DNA of 64,000 bases, from NCBI GenBank assembly GCA_963780555.1, contig CAWACD010000001.1:383741-447740 (forward strand), in the 5' to 3' direction. This document shows positions 37,639 through 47,644 of this stretch, one piece after another. The stretch's first letter is position 1, and each line of letters starts with the position of its first letter. Position numbers and translations under genes: made by a program. The notes beneath the pieces are model-generated. The model was given only the letters and a program-made list of their open reading frames with translations, was not told the origin of the DNA and searched no databases. The stretch is from an uncultured Actinomycetota bacterium (GTDB taxonomy: Bacteria; Actinomycetota; Actinomycetes; Streptosporangiales; Streptosporangiaceae).

Positions 37639-38742
37639 TCACACCCCCAGGGTGGTCGCGAGCCGGTCCAGCTGATCCCCGGCACCGCCCAGCAGCACCT
37701 TTCCGGCCAGCGCGTTCTTGTAATACAGGTGAGCGTCGTGCTCCCAGGTGAACCCGATGCCGCCGTGCAGCTGGATGGTGTCGGCGGCGGCGGTGAAGTA
37801 CGGGCCCGAGGTCAGCACCCGGGCTACCGAGGCGTCGGCCGAGAACCGGTCCGGGTCGGCGTCAGCGCTGGTGGCCGCGGCCCGCAGCGCGGCCTGCGCG
37901 AGCTCCCACGCGGTCTCCATGTCGGCCAGCCGGTGCTTGACCGCCTGGAAGGCGCCGATCGGCTGGCCGAAGGCGACCCGCAGCCGGGCGTACTCCGTCG
38001 TCATGGCCAGGCAGGCGGCCATGGCGCCGCACTGCTCGGCGGCCAGCGCGAGGTTGGCCAGGTCGGCGGCCGCCGCCAGCGCGGCCGCCGCGTCCCCGGC
38101 CAGCGGCCGCGCCGGAGTGTCATCCAGGGCGATCCTGGCCAGGGCCCTCGTGTGATCGGTGCTGGTCAGCGGCTCGCGAGTCAGTCCGGTCGCGTCCGCG
38201 GCCACCTGGTACACCGCCAGCCCGTCCGGGCCGCTGGCCGGGATCAGCAGCACCCCGGCCTGCGCGCCGTTCAGCACCGGGGCCAGCTCGCCGGTCAGCC
38301 GGGCCGCCTCGCCGGCACCGGCGGCCGAGACCGCCGGGCGGGCCGCGCCACCGTCGGCGCCGGTGCTGGCCAGGGTGACCACGAGGTCGCCGCTGGCGAT
38401 GCCGGGCAGCAGTTCCTGGCGGGCCTGCTCGTCGTCCAGGCGCAGCAGCGCCCCGGCGGCCAGCACGCCCGAGGCCAGCAGCGGCGAGGGGACCAGGCCT
38501 GCGCCCAGCTCCTGCAGGGCGACGGCCATGGCGCTGTGCCCGGCGCCGGAGCCGCCGTACTCCTCGGGAATGAGCAGGCTGGCCAGCCCGAGCTGGCCGG
38601 CCAGCTGCTGCCACACGGCGTCGTCGTAGGGCTGCCCGGAGTCGATCAGCTTCCGGATAGCGCCGATCGGGCTGCGGTCGGCGACGAACCGGCGCACGGA
38701 GTCGCGCAGCGACTCCTCCTCTGCGCTCAGGACCAGGCTCAT
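37639..38742 (-). CDS. acyl-CoA dehydrogenase family protein
   Basis: 367 aa: EEESLRDSVRRFV...LLIPEEYGGSG...IQLHGGIGFTWEHDAHLYYK. Confidence 0.8.
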   Translation of the reverse strand: MSLVLSAEEESLRDSVRRFVADRSPIGAIRKLIDSGQPYDDAVWQQLAGQLGLASLLIPEEYGGSGAGHSAMAVALQELGAGLVPSPLLASGVLAAGALLRLDDEQARQELLPGIASGDLVVTLASTGADGGAARPAVSAAGAGEAARLTGELAPVLNGAQAGVLLIPASGPDGLAVYQVAADATGLTREPLTSTDHTRALARIALDDTPARPLAGDAAAALAAAADLANLALAAEQCGAMAACLAMTTEYARLRVAFGQPIGAFQAVKHRLADMETAWELAQAALRAAATSADADPDRFSADASVARVLTSGPYFTAAADTIQLHGGIGFTWEHDAHLYYKNALAGKVLLGGAGDQLDRLATTLGV

Positions 38743-38797
38743 GATGCTCCTCCTGACGGCTGCCCGTCGTGGCGGGCCACAGCGGGCTCCGGCACCG

Positions 38798-40018
38798 TTA
38801 CTGCTTCTTCTGGGTTCCGACCCGCAGCTGATTGAACGGCGTCGAGCGATCCACGCCGGGGTCCTTGGCCAGGCCCAGCACGCGCTCGCCGATGATGTTG
38901 CGCTGGATCTCGTTGGTGCCGCCGGCGATCGCGCCGCCCGGCACGGCCACCATCGACACGACCACCGCGGTCAGCTCATCGGTACTGGCCGCGGCCACAG
39001 CGTCGCCGAGGATGTCCATGGCGGCCTGAACCGCGAACGCGCCCAGCTCGGCGCCGGCCAGCTTGGCCACCGATCCGCGGGCCCCCGGCATCCGGCCCGC
39101 CATCGCCTCCTCGCGCAGCAGCCGCGCGAACAGCGCCACGGCCCGCTCGCGGGCGTACAGCTCGGCCAGCCGGCGGCGCACCAGCGGGTCGCCGGCCCGG
39201 TCCAGCTTCACGGCCAGCTCGTGCAGCACCTCGAAGCCGAGCGGGTTGCTGCGCGACCCGGTCATGGAGCCGATGGCGATGCGCTCGTTGCGCAGCATCA
39301 CCACGGCCGCGTCCCAGCCCTTGTTCTCCGCTCCGATCAGCGCGTCGGCGTCCAGCCGGACGTTGTCGAAGAAGACCTCGTTGAATGGCGCGTGCCCGGT
39401 GGCCACGCGCAGCGGCCGGACGGTGACGCCCGGCGCGTGCATGTCCACGATGAACATGCTGATGCCGCCGTGCTTGGGCAGCGTCGGGTCGGTCCGGGCC
39501 AGCACGGCGCCGTAATCGCTGTACTGCGCGCCGGAGGTCCACACCTTCTGCCCGTTGAAGACCCAGGTGTCACCGTCCCGGACGGCGCTGGCCTGCAGGC
39601 TGGCCACGTCGGACCCCGCGCCCGGCTCCGAGAACAGCTGGCACCAGATCTCCTCACCGCGCAGCATCGGCGGCAGGTAGCGCTTCTTCTGCTCCTCGCT
39701 GCCGCACTCCAGGATCGTCGGTCCCGGCATGCCGAGCCCGATGATGAAGGCACCGACGGGCAGCGAGAAGTCCCGGGCCTCCTCGCTGAACGCGATCTGC
39801 TCGGCATTGGTCAGGCCCTGGCCGCCGTACTCGGCCGGCCAGGTGATGCCCACGAATCCCGCGTCATACAGCCGGGCCTGGAAGGCCCGCTGCGCCGCGA
39901 TGCCCGAGGTGGCGCCGGCGTCCTCGCTGTCGTCCCCGTCGGCAGAGCGCCGGGGCGCGTTAGCCGCCAGCCACGCCCGGGCGCGGGCGCGGAACTCCTC
40001 GACTGTCTCCCGGCTCAC
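38798..40018 (-). CDS. acyl-CoA dehydrogenase family protein
   Basis: GTG at 40018 (VSRETVEEFRARARAWL). Motifs WPAEYGGQG, WCQLFSEPGAGSD, WTSGAQYSD and GGTNEIQRNIIGERVLGL are present. The longer track start extends into non-conserved sequence. Confidence 0.8.
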   Translation of the reverse strand: MSRETVEEFRARARAWLAANAPRRSADGDDSEDAGATSGIAAQRAFQARLYDAGFVGITWPAEYGGQGLTNAEQIAFSEEARDFSLPVGAFIIGLGMPGPTILECGSEEQKKRYLPPMLRGEEIWCQLFSEPGAGSDVASLQASAVRDGDTWVFNGQKVWTSGAQYSDYGAVLARTDPTLPKHGGISMFIVDMHAPGVTVRPLRVATGHAPFNEVFFDNVRLDADALIGAENKGWDAAVVMLRNERIAIGSMTGSRSNPLGFEVLHELAVKLDRAGDPLVRRRLAELYARERAVALFARLLREEAMAGRMPGARGSVAKLAGAELGAFAVQAAMDILGDAVAAASTDELTAVVVSMVAVPGGAIAGGTNEIQRNIIGERVLGLAKDPGVDRSTPFNQLRVGTQKKQ

Positions 40019-40184
40019 TCCGACCGCCTCCCGCAATTCCCTGACCGCCCCCCTATAGCACACCCGGCGCTCCGCCGGGCAAAAACTGAAATCAGTTATG
40101 CTTATTGCTGGCTCCGAGCGAATCACAGCGCCGGAGCCAGTGTCAACGGCCCGGTGGTTAAGGCACGCGAGAGGATCCCCGCGG

Positions 40185-41223
40185 ATGCAGGTGACCGGCA
40201 CGCGCCAGCGTGAGGCATGGCTGCGGCGGGAGTTCCCGCCGGTCGAGGAGGTCGCCAGCGGCGTGTGGTCGGTGCCGGTGCCCATCCCGGACAGCCCGCT
40301 GCGGTACGTGCTGAGTTACCTGATCGAGCACCGGTCCGGCTTCCTGATGGTGGACACCGGCTGGGATCACCCGGACAGCTGGACGGCGCTGACCGCCGGC
40401 CTCAAAGCGTGCGGCATCCCGCTGACCGGCGATCACCGCGATCGTGATCACGCACGTGCACCCCGACCACCACGGCCTGTCCCGCAAGGTCGCCGAGCAG
40501 AGTCCGGCGCGTGGATCGGCATGCACGAGCGCGAGGATCAGTTCCTGGCCGACCATGCCGACTGGACGGTCATGCGCGACGGCATGGCCGCCTACCTGCG
40601 CTGGTGCGGCGCCCCCACCGAGCACCTGGCGGACGTGACGACCCGGCGCACGGAACTGGCCCGGCCGCGGCCCGATGGCCCGGGCCGACCAGGTCATTGC
40701 CCACGGCGACCTGATCGACGTGCCCGGGCTGGCGCTGCGCGCGGTCTGGACGCCGGGCCACTCACCTGGCCACCTGTGCTTCCACGACGAGAGCCGCGGC
40801 CTGCTGCTGACCGGCGATCATGTGCTGCCCCGGATCACGCCGAACATCTCGGCCTACGACATGACGTCCTCGCCGCTGGATGACTACCTGAGCTCGCTGA
40901 CGGCGCTGCGCGGCATCGAGCCGGCCGAGGTGCTGCCGGCCCACGAGTACCGGTTCACCGACCTGGACGGGCGGCTGGCCGACCTGGCCGCGCATCACCA
41001 GGAGCGGCTGACCGAGATCGCGGCGGCGCTGGCCGCGACGCCGGACGGCCAGAGCGCGTGGTCGGTCGCCGCGCAGGTGTCCTGGTCCCGCCCGTGGAAC
41101 CAGCTGAACGGGTTCCCGCGGCAGGCTGCCCTCGGCGAGGTCGTCGCCCACCTGCGCCACCTGGAGCAGCACGGCCAGGCGCAGTGCCACGGACGCCGAC
41201 GGCGAGGGCCGCTGGAGTTCTGA
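40185..41223 (+). pseudogene. MBL-fold metallo-hydrolase, three frameshifts
   Basis: VWSVPVPIPDSPLRYVLSYLIEH...FLMVDTGW (frame A) continues as ITAIVITHVHPDHHGL (frame B, around 40430). It then reads SGAWIGMHEREDQF... (frame A, around 40500), and finally ADQVIAHGDLIDVPGLALRAVWTPGHSPGHLCF...GDHVLP (from around 40675). Confidence 0.7.
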
Positions 41224-41230
41224 TTGCTGG

Positions 41231-41917
41231 TTAGGCGGCGCCGGCAGCTGACCTCGACGCCGTCGCCCCTCGGGGAAGGTCACGCTGACGTAGCCGCTGG
41301 CCGGATCGCGCACGTAGCCCAGGTACGCCGGCCAGCTGGGCGGTGAACGAGGGGGCCTCGGTGTCGTCGGCGACCACCATGGCGCCCGGCGTCAGCCGCG
41401 GCTCGATCAGCTTCAGCACGTCCAGGTACAGGTTCTTCCAGCCGTCCAGCAGCACGAAGCCAACCGGCCCGTCCAGGGCGGCCAGGGTCTCGAAAGCGTC
41501 GCCCGTCACGACCTCGGCGACGTCGGACAGCCCGGCCTCGGCCAGGTTGTCGCGGGCTCGCTGCGCCTTGGCCGGGTTCAGCTCGGTGCTGATCACCTTG
41601 CCGGTGCCGTTGTCCCGGACAGCCGCGGCCAGGTGAATCGTGGCGATGCCGAACGAGGCGCCGAACTCTACGACGGTCTCCGGGCGCCCGGCCCGGACCA
41701 GCGAGTACAGCAGCTGCCCGCAGTCCCGCGAGATCGGAATGTACAGCTCGCCGAACAACTCGGCCTGCTCCCGGGCGGTCACCGTGCCCAGCTTCTCGCC
41801 ATGGCTGCCGAACAACTGCGCCAGCAGCGGCGGATCACCCTGCTCGGCCGCCGCGAACAGCCGGTCCAGGACGTTGCGGGCCGGAGCGGCCGCCAGTGAG
41901 TTCGGCATATGTCCCAT
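41231..41917 (-). CDS. class I SAM-dependent O-methyltransferase (family 3-like), probably C-terminally frameshifted
   Basis: VVEFGASFGIATIHLAAAV...VISTELNPAKAQRARDNL...LLDGWKNLY. The last ~40 codons look out of frame, because an alternative frame gives YLGYVRDPASGYVSVTFPEG. Confidence 0.65.
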   Translation of the reverse strand: MGHMPNSLAAAPARNVLDRLFAAAEQGDPPLLAQLFGSHGEKLGTVTAREQAELFGELYIPISRDCGQLLYSLVRAGRPETVVEFGASFGIATIHLAAAVRDNGTGKVISTELNPAKAQRARDNLAEAGLSDVAEVVTGDAFETLAALDGPVGFVLLDGWKNLYLDVLKLIEPRLTPGAMVVADDTEAPSFTAQLAGVPGLRARSGQRLRQRDLPRGATASRSAAGAA

Positions 41918-42033
41918 TGTAAGAAAACATGCTGATCAACACTAGATGTTGTGGTTTACCGGGACTTAATGCCTGGCCGCCGGCGAGCAGGCGGCGCTGG
42001 GCGACCGTGGCGCGGCCCGATACGCTGGGCTCC

Positions 42034-44838
42034 GTGGGCAGAGACGCCGACCGACAGAAGGTGCCGGCGCCGATGCGCCGGGATGTCCGCCTGCTCGGCG
42101 ACGTCCTGGGCCAGGTCATCAGCGAATCCGGCGGCCAGGGCCTGCTTGATGACGTGGAGCGGCTGCGGCACGCGGTCATCGCCGCTCGCCGCGAGGGCAC
42201 CAGCGAGCGGGACGGGGAGCGCGCCGACGACGGCATCGCTGCCCTCGTCGCGTCCTGGCCGCTGGACCGGGCTGATGCCGTGGCCCGGGCGTTCACCGTC
42301 TACTTTCACCTGGCCAACCTGGCCGAGGAGCATCAGCGCATCCGCACGCTGCGGGAGCGCGACACCGGCGGCGAGCCGCTGCGCGAGTCGCTGGCCGCGG
42401 CGATCCCGGCGCTGCGGGAGCAGCTCGACCCGGCCGCGTTCGGCGACCTGCTGGCCGGGCTGCGGGTGCACCCCGTGCTCACCGCGCACCCGACCGAGGC
42501 CCGCCGCCGGGCGGTGACCGAGTCGCTGCAGCGGATCGGCGGCCTGCTGGACGAGCTGGGCGGCGACTCGCTCGGGGACAGCGACCGCACCGAGGCGCTG
42601 CGCCGGCTGCACGAGGAAGTCGACCTGCTGTGGCGCACCTCCGCGCTGCGGGTGCAGGCGATGCAGCCGCTGGATGAGGTCCGGACCGGCACGGCGGTGT
42701 TCGATCAGACGCTCTTCGGGGTGGTCCCGGATCTGTACCGGTCGCTGGACCGGGCGCTGCAGGGCAGCGATTCCGGCCGGGTCCCGGCGCTGGCTCCCGC
42801 GTTCGTCCGCTACGGCAGCTGGATCGGGGCCGACCGGGACGGCAACCCGTTCGTCACGGCTCAGGTCACCCTGCAGACCGCGCAGATCCAGGCCGAGCAC
42901 GCCCTGCTCGCGCTGGAGAACACCGCCACCCGGATCGGCCGGACGCTGACCCTGCACGCGGACCCGCCGCCGCCGGCCTCCGAGCTCGGGCTGGCCCTGG
43001 CCGCCGCCCGGCGGGCCCGGCCGGAGCTAATGGCCGAGCTGGCCGCCCGCTCACCGCAGGAGCCCTACCGCGAGTTCCTGCTGTACGCGGCGCGGCGGCT
43101 GCGGGCCACCCGGCAGGCCGCCACGGCCCGCGCTGGCCGGCAGCGGGGGCTGCCGCCGCCAGCCGGCAGCGCGGGCGAGGGCCTGGCCTACGCCGGGCCC
43201 GGCGAGTTCATCGCCGACCTGCAGGCGCTCCAGCGGGCGCTGGCCGCGGCCGGGGCCGGCCGGCAGGCTTACGGCGAGCTGCAGCGGCTGATCTGGCAGG
43301 CCCAGACCTTCGGCTTTCACCTGGCCGGCCTGGAGGTCCGCCAGCACAGCGCGGTTCACGCCGCGGCGCTGCGCGAGCTGCACGCGGGCGCGGCGCGGTC
43401 AGCCCGGACCCGCGAGGTGCTGGCCACGCTCTCGGCCATCGCCCGCATCCAGGACTGCTACGGCCCGCAGGCCTGCCACCGCTACGTCGTGAGCTTCACC
43501 CGGTCGGCGGCCGACATCGCCGCCGTCTACGAGCTGGCGCGGCTGGCCGTGCCCCGCGGCACCCCGCCCGCGCTGGACGTGATCCCGCTGTTCGAGAGCG
43601 GCGAGGACCTGGACCACGCACCGAAGATCCTGGACGACATGCTGGCGCTGGAGCCGGTCGCCGAGCGGCTGGCGGCGGGCGGGCGCTACCTGGAGGCAAT
43701 GCTCGGCTACTCCGACTCCGCCAAGGAGCTCGGCCCGGTCAGTGCCACCCTGCGGCTGTTCGACGCCCAGCAGCGCCTGGCGGAGTGGGCGGCCAGCCGG
43801 AACATCCGGCTGACCTTGTTCCACGGCCGCGGCGGGGCACTGGGCCGCGGCGGCGGCCCGGCCGGGCGAGCCGTGCTGGCCCAGGCACCGGGATCGGTCG
43901 ACGGCCGGTTCAAGGTCACCGAGCAGGGCGAGGTGATCTTCGCCCGGTACGGGCACCCGGCCATCGCCCAGCGGCACCTGGAGCAGGTCACCTCGGCGGT
44001 GCTGCTGGCCTCCGCGGCGCCCCGCGGCCCGGCCGGCGCCGACGGGACACGGGGCAGGAGCGAGCCCGTGCCCGCTGAGTTCCGTGCCGTCACCGGCCGC
44101 ATTGACGCCGCCGCACTGGGCGCCTACCAGGGCCTGACCGGCGCCGACGGGTTCGCCGAGTGGTTCGCGAGGATCTCCCCGCTGGCGGAGCTGGGCGGGA
44201 TGCGGATCGGCTCCCGGCCCGCCCGGCGCGGCGTCTCGGCGGCCGCCGGCCTCGCCGACCTGCGGGCGATTCCGTGGGTGTTCGCCTGGTCCCAGACGCG
44301 GGTGAACCTGCCCGGCTGGTTCGGCCTGGGCAGCGGCCTGGCCGCGGTGATCACCGGGACCAGCGCACCGGGCGAGGCCGGGCTGGCCATCGGGGGCGGC
44401 CCCCCGCCGGACACGGCCGGGCTGGCCGAGGTGCGGGCCGCCTACCAGGGCTGGCCGCTGCTGGCCTCGCTGCTGGACAACGCCGAGATGAGCCTGGCCA
44501 AGACCAACCGGCGGATCGCCGCGCGCTACCTGGCGCTGGGCGGCCGGCCTGACCTGACCGCGATCGTGCTGGCGGAATACGACCTGACCCGGCGCCTGGT
44601 CCTTGCGGTCACCGGGCACGACCGGCTGCTGGGCGGCCGCCGGGTGCTGTCCCGCGCGGTCGCGCTACGCGACCCGTACGTCGACGCCCTGTCCCATCTG
44701 CAGCTGCGGGCCCTGACCGCGCTGCGCGGGACGGGCGACGGTGACGCGGAGCCGGACGAGGACACCCGCGAGCGGCTGGAACGGCTGCTGCTGCTCAGCG
44801 TCAACGGCGTCGCGGCCGGCCTGCAGAACACCGGCTGA
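42034..44838 (+). CDS. ppc: phosphoenolpyruvate carboxylase
   Basis: Motifs LRRDVRLLGDVLG, VLTAHPTE, GYSDSAKE, FHGRGG..GRGGGP and the C-terminal LLSVNGVAAGLQNTG are present. I chose the GTG at 42034 as the start; this is uncertain. Confidence 0.9.
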   Translation: MGRDADRQKVPAPMRRDVRLLGDVLGQVISESGGQGLLDDVERLRHAVIAARREGTSERDGERADDGIAALVASWPLDRADAVARAFTVYFHLANLAEEHQRIRTLRERDTGGEPLRESLAAAIPALREQLDPAAFGDLLAGLRVHPVLTAHPTEARRRAVTESLQRIGGLLDELGGDSLGDSDRTEALRRLHEEVDLLWRTSALRVQAMQPLDEVRTGTAVFDQTLFGVVPDLYRSLDRALQGSDSGRVPALAPAFVRYGSWIGADRDGNPFVTAQVTLQTAQIQAEHALLALENTATRIGRTLTLHADPPPPASELGLALAAARRARPELMAELAARSPQEPYREFLLYAARRLRATRQAATARAGRQRGLPPPAGSAGEGLAYAGPGEFIADLQALQRALAAAGAGRQAYGELQRLIWQAQTFGFHLAGLEVRQHSAVHAAALRELHAGAARSARTREVLATLSAIARIQDCYGPQACHRYVVSFTRSAADIAAVYELARLAVPRGTPPALDVIPLFESGEDLDHAPKILDDMLALEPVAERLAAGGRYLEAMLGYSDSAKELGPVSATLRLFDAQQRLAEWAASRNIRLTLFHGRGGALGRGGGPAGRAVLAQAPGSVDGRFKVTEQGEVIFARYGHPAIAQRHLEQVTSAVLLASAAPRGPAGADGTRGRSEPVPAEFRAVTGRIDAAALGAYQGLTGADGFAEWFARISPLAELGGMRIGSRPARRGVSAAAGLADLRAIPWVFAWSQTRVNLPGWFGLGSGLAAVITGTSAPGEAGLAIGGGPPPDTAGLAEVRAAYQGWPLLASLLDNAEMSLAKTNRRIAARYLALGGRPDLTAIVLAEYDLTRRLVLAVTGHDRLLGGRRVLSRAVALRDPYVDALSHLQLRALTALRGTGDGDAEPDEDTRERLERLLLLSVNGVAAGLQNTG

Positions 44839-45028
44839 GCTGGCCGGGTCATCCCCGCAGTGCGCCCCGGTCTCGGTGCCCGTCCGGGGACCGCAGCCGC
44901 AGCGCCGGAGGGGTGGCAGGTGAATGTCGTTCGGTGAACCCGGATAATCCCGGTTACGTCCACCTTGTCAGGTGGCTGGCGGCACGCACGGCCGCACGCC
45001 CGGATGGAGCGAGCCGGATGGAGCGCGG

Positions 45029-46606
45029 ATGACAACACAGATGGTGACCAGCGCCACGGGGACCAGCCTGCAGCGCCTGGCCGAGGAATCCTGGCAGCGG
45101 ATCGCTGACGGCTCCCGGCTGTATTTCGAGGACCAGGAGTGGACGGGCAGCCAGCTCGCTGACCGGTCCCGGCGGCTGTCCGGCGGCCTGCGCGACCGGG
45201 CTGGCCTGGCCCCCGGCGAGCGGGTCGTCATCTGCATGGCCAACTGCCCCGAGGTCGGGGTCAGCTATCACGCTGTCTGGCGGGCCGGCGCCGTCGCGAC
45301 GCCCGTGCTGTTCCTGCTCAGCGAGGACGAGCTGCGGCACGTGCTGAGCGACAGCGGAGCTGTGCTGGCCATCACCACGCCCGAGTTCCTGCCCAAGGTC
45401 CGCGCCGCGGCCGCCGGGCTGCCCCGCCTCCGCGCGATCGTGGTGGCCGGCCTGGCCGCCGGCGATAGCGGCGACGCCGATGGCGGCGCGCCGCTGCTGC
45501 CGCTGACGGACCTGGAAGCCGCCGAGCCCGGTGACCTGGTCGACACCGACCCGGCCGAGCTGGCCGCCCTGCTGTACACCGGCGGCACCACCGGCCGCTC
45601 CAAGGGCGTCATGATCAGTCATAACGCCTTGTCCGCGTCCGCCTGGGCGGCCACCGCCACGTCTCACGACCCGGCCATGACCACCGCCCTGCTGCCGCTG
45701 CCCCTGTCCCACGTCTACGGGCTGATGGTCAGCGTGATGAGCCTGCACAGCCCGGATCCGGGCACCACCGTGCTGATGCGCTGGTTCGACCCGGCCGGCT
45801 GGCTCGCGCTGGCCCAGCGGCACAGGGTCAGCATCAGCCCGCTCGTGCCGTCGATGCTGCAGATGCTGCTGCAGCAGCCGCTGGAGGACTACGACCTGTC
45901 GGCCCTGGCCCGGCTCACCAGCGGCGCCGCCCCGCTGCCACCCCAGGTGACGGCCGACTTCGAGCGCCGGCTGCCGAACGTCGAGGTCGCCGAGGGGTAC
46001 GGCTGCACGGAGACGGCCGCCATCATCGCGACCTCCCCGATCGGCGCCGCCCGGCTCGGCAGCGTCGGCCAGCCGGCGCCGGGCGTGGAGGTCCGGATCG
46101 AGCGGCCGGATGGCACGCCGGCCGGCCCCGGCGAGGACGGCGAGATCTGTGTCCGCGGGCCGGTGGTCATGTCCGGGTACTGGAACGCCCCGGCTGAGAC
46201 CGGGCAGGCGATGCGCGGCGGCTGGCTGCACACCGGCGACGTTGGCCGGCTCGACGACGGCTACCTGTACATCGTGGACCGGATCAAGGACCTGATCATC
46301 CGGGGCGGCTACAACGTCTACCCGCGCGACGTGGAGGACGTGCTGGTCCAGCATCCCGACGTAGTCGCCGCCGCCGTGGTCGGCCGCCCCGACGACAAGT
46401 ACGGCGAGGAAGTGGTGGCGTTCGTCCAGCTTCGCGCAGGCGCGGCAACGGAGCCAGCCGAGCTGGTCGGCTTCGCGAAAGAGCACCTGTCGGCCGTCAA
46501 GTACCCGCGCGAGGTCCGGGTGATCGACGCGATTCCGCTGACCAGCGTCCTGAAGACCGACCGCAAGCGCCTCCGCGCCCAGCTCACCACCGACCCAGCC
46601 AGCTAG
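45029..46606 (+). CDS. AMP-dependent acyl-CoA synthetase/ligase (FadD-like)
   Basis: AMP-binding motifs LLYTGGTTGRSKGV, EGYGCTE, TGDVGRLD and DRIKDLIIRGGYNV. Confidence 0.85.
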   Translation: MTTQMVTSATGTSLQRLAEESWQRIADGSRLYFEDQEWTGSQLADRSRRLSGGLRDRAGLAPGERVVICMANCPEVGVSYHAVWRAGAVATPVLFLLSEDELRHVLSDSGAVLAITTPEFLPKVRAAAAGLPRLRAIVVAGLAAGDSGDADGGAPLLPLTDLEAAEPGDLVDTDPAELAALLYTGGTTGRSKGVMISHNALSASAWAATATSHDPAMTTALLPLPLSHVYGLMVSVMSLHSPDPGTTVLMRWFDPAGWLALAQRHRVSISPLVPSMLQMLLQQPLEDYDLSALARLTSGAAPLPPQVTADFERRLPNVEVAEGYGCTETAAIIATSPIGAARLGSVGQPAPGVEVRIERPDGTPAGPGEDGEICVRGPVVMSGYWNAPAETGQAMRGGWLHTGDVGRLDDGYLYIVDRIKDLIIRGGYNVYPRDVEDVLVQHPDVVAAAVVGRPDDKYGEEVVAFVQLRAGAATEPAELVGFAKEHLSAVKYPREVRVIDAIPLTSVLKTDRKRLRAQLTTDPAS

Positions 46607-46630
46607 CCGCCAGTCCAGCCCCCATCCCCT

Positions 46631-46691
46631 CGGGGGTCCGGGGGCGCGGCGCCCCCGGTCAAGGGGGTTCCAGGGGGATTCTCCCCCTGGG
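46631..46691 (+). repeat. twin G5/C5 hairpin intergenic repeat, copy B
   Basis: CGGGGGTCCGGGGGCGCGGCGCCCCCGGTCAAGGGGGTTCCAGGGGGATTCTCCCCCTGGG lies 25 nt after the stop at 46606. A third perfect 12-bp-stem hairpin, GCCCGGGCGGCC-AGAG-GGCCGCCCGGGC, follows at 46701-46728. Confidence 0.5.
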
Positions 46692-47492
46692 CAAGCAGAA
46701 GCCCGGGCGGCCAGAGGGCCGCCCGGGCCTGCTGCCTGGACCGTGCTTACCGGTTGCCGGCCTGGCCTGCGCGGCGAATTCCTGCTGGGCCGGGACCGGC
46801 TCCACGCTCTCCCGGACCACCATGGTGTGGGCCATGTGATCACCCACCCGCTGGCGGTACCGCGAGCACATCATCGTGATGAAGCCGACGATCGCCGCCA
46901 CCCAGCTGAACAGCACCAGGAGGATCGACCGCAGGAACAGCTGCATCAGGCTCGCCGGGCCGCCGTCGGTGCTGATGACGCGGATGCTCATCAGCTGCAT
47001 GCCGAGCGTCTGGCCGCGGCGGGTGTAGGGCACGTATGCCCAGTACAGGAAGTACCAGGCAATATCGACCACGATCAGGATCAGCGTCAGGATCACCGCG
47101 ACACCGCCGGTGCCCCGGTTCAGCGCCCAGCTGATCAGGGCGGCGACGATCCCCCACAGGATCCAGTCCACGATGAACTGGACGATCCGGCGGCCGCTGA
47201 CCCGGGTCTCGATCTCATTGACAGGCGAGATCGGCGCGCCCCGCATCGAGCTCGGGTACTGCTGCCCGCCCGCACCGCCCTGCGGCGGCGGACTGCCGTA
47301 GTACTGGCCCTGTGTGCCGCCCTGGCCCTGGCTGCCGCCCTGGCCCTGGCTTCCGGGCGCGCCCTGCTGCCCGCCCGGCGCGCCCTGGCCGGCCTGACCC
47401 GCAGGACCGGCCTGCCACGGTCCTCCAGGCGGACCCTGCTGGCCGCCGCCTTCCCACTGCTGGCCCGACTCGCCACCCTGAGGCATGCTCAT
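46659..47492 (-). CDS. RDD family membrane protein with a Gly/Gln/Pro-rich N-terminal low-complexity region
   Basis: MSMPQGGESGQQWEGGGQQGPPGG... followed by GRRIVQFIVDWILWGIV...YTRRGQTLGMQLMSIRVIS...RQRVGDHMAHTMVV. Confidence 0.75.
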   Translation of the reverse strand: MSMPQGGESGQQWEGGGQQGPPGGPWQAGPAGQAGQGAPGGQQGAPGSQGQGGSQGQGGTQGQYYGSPPPQGGAGGQQYPSSMRGAPISPVNEIETRVSGRRIVQFIVDWILWGIVAALISWALNRGTGGVAVILTLILIVVDIAWYFLYWAYVPYTRRGQTLGMQLMSIRVISTDGGPASLMQLFLRSILLVLFSWVAAIVGFITMMCSRYRQRVGDHMAHTMVVRESVEPVPAQQEFAAQARPATGKHGPGSRPGRPSGRPGFCLPRGRIPLEPP

Positions 47493-47644
47493 GAGATCCC
47501 CCGATCCACGCAAGGCCGCGCTGGCGGCTTGGCGGGTATGGCCCGCGCTCTGGCGGGTCTAGTACTCGGGGTAAGTACCCACAGTGATCAACGAAACACG
47601 CTTCCGTCACATCCGTCGCGCGGGCCCGGCGACGCGGGGCCTAG

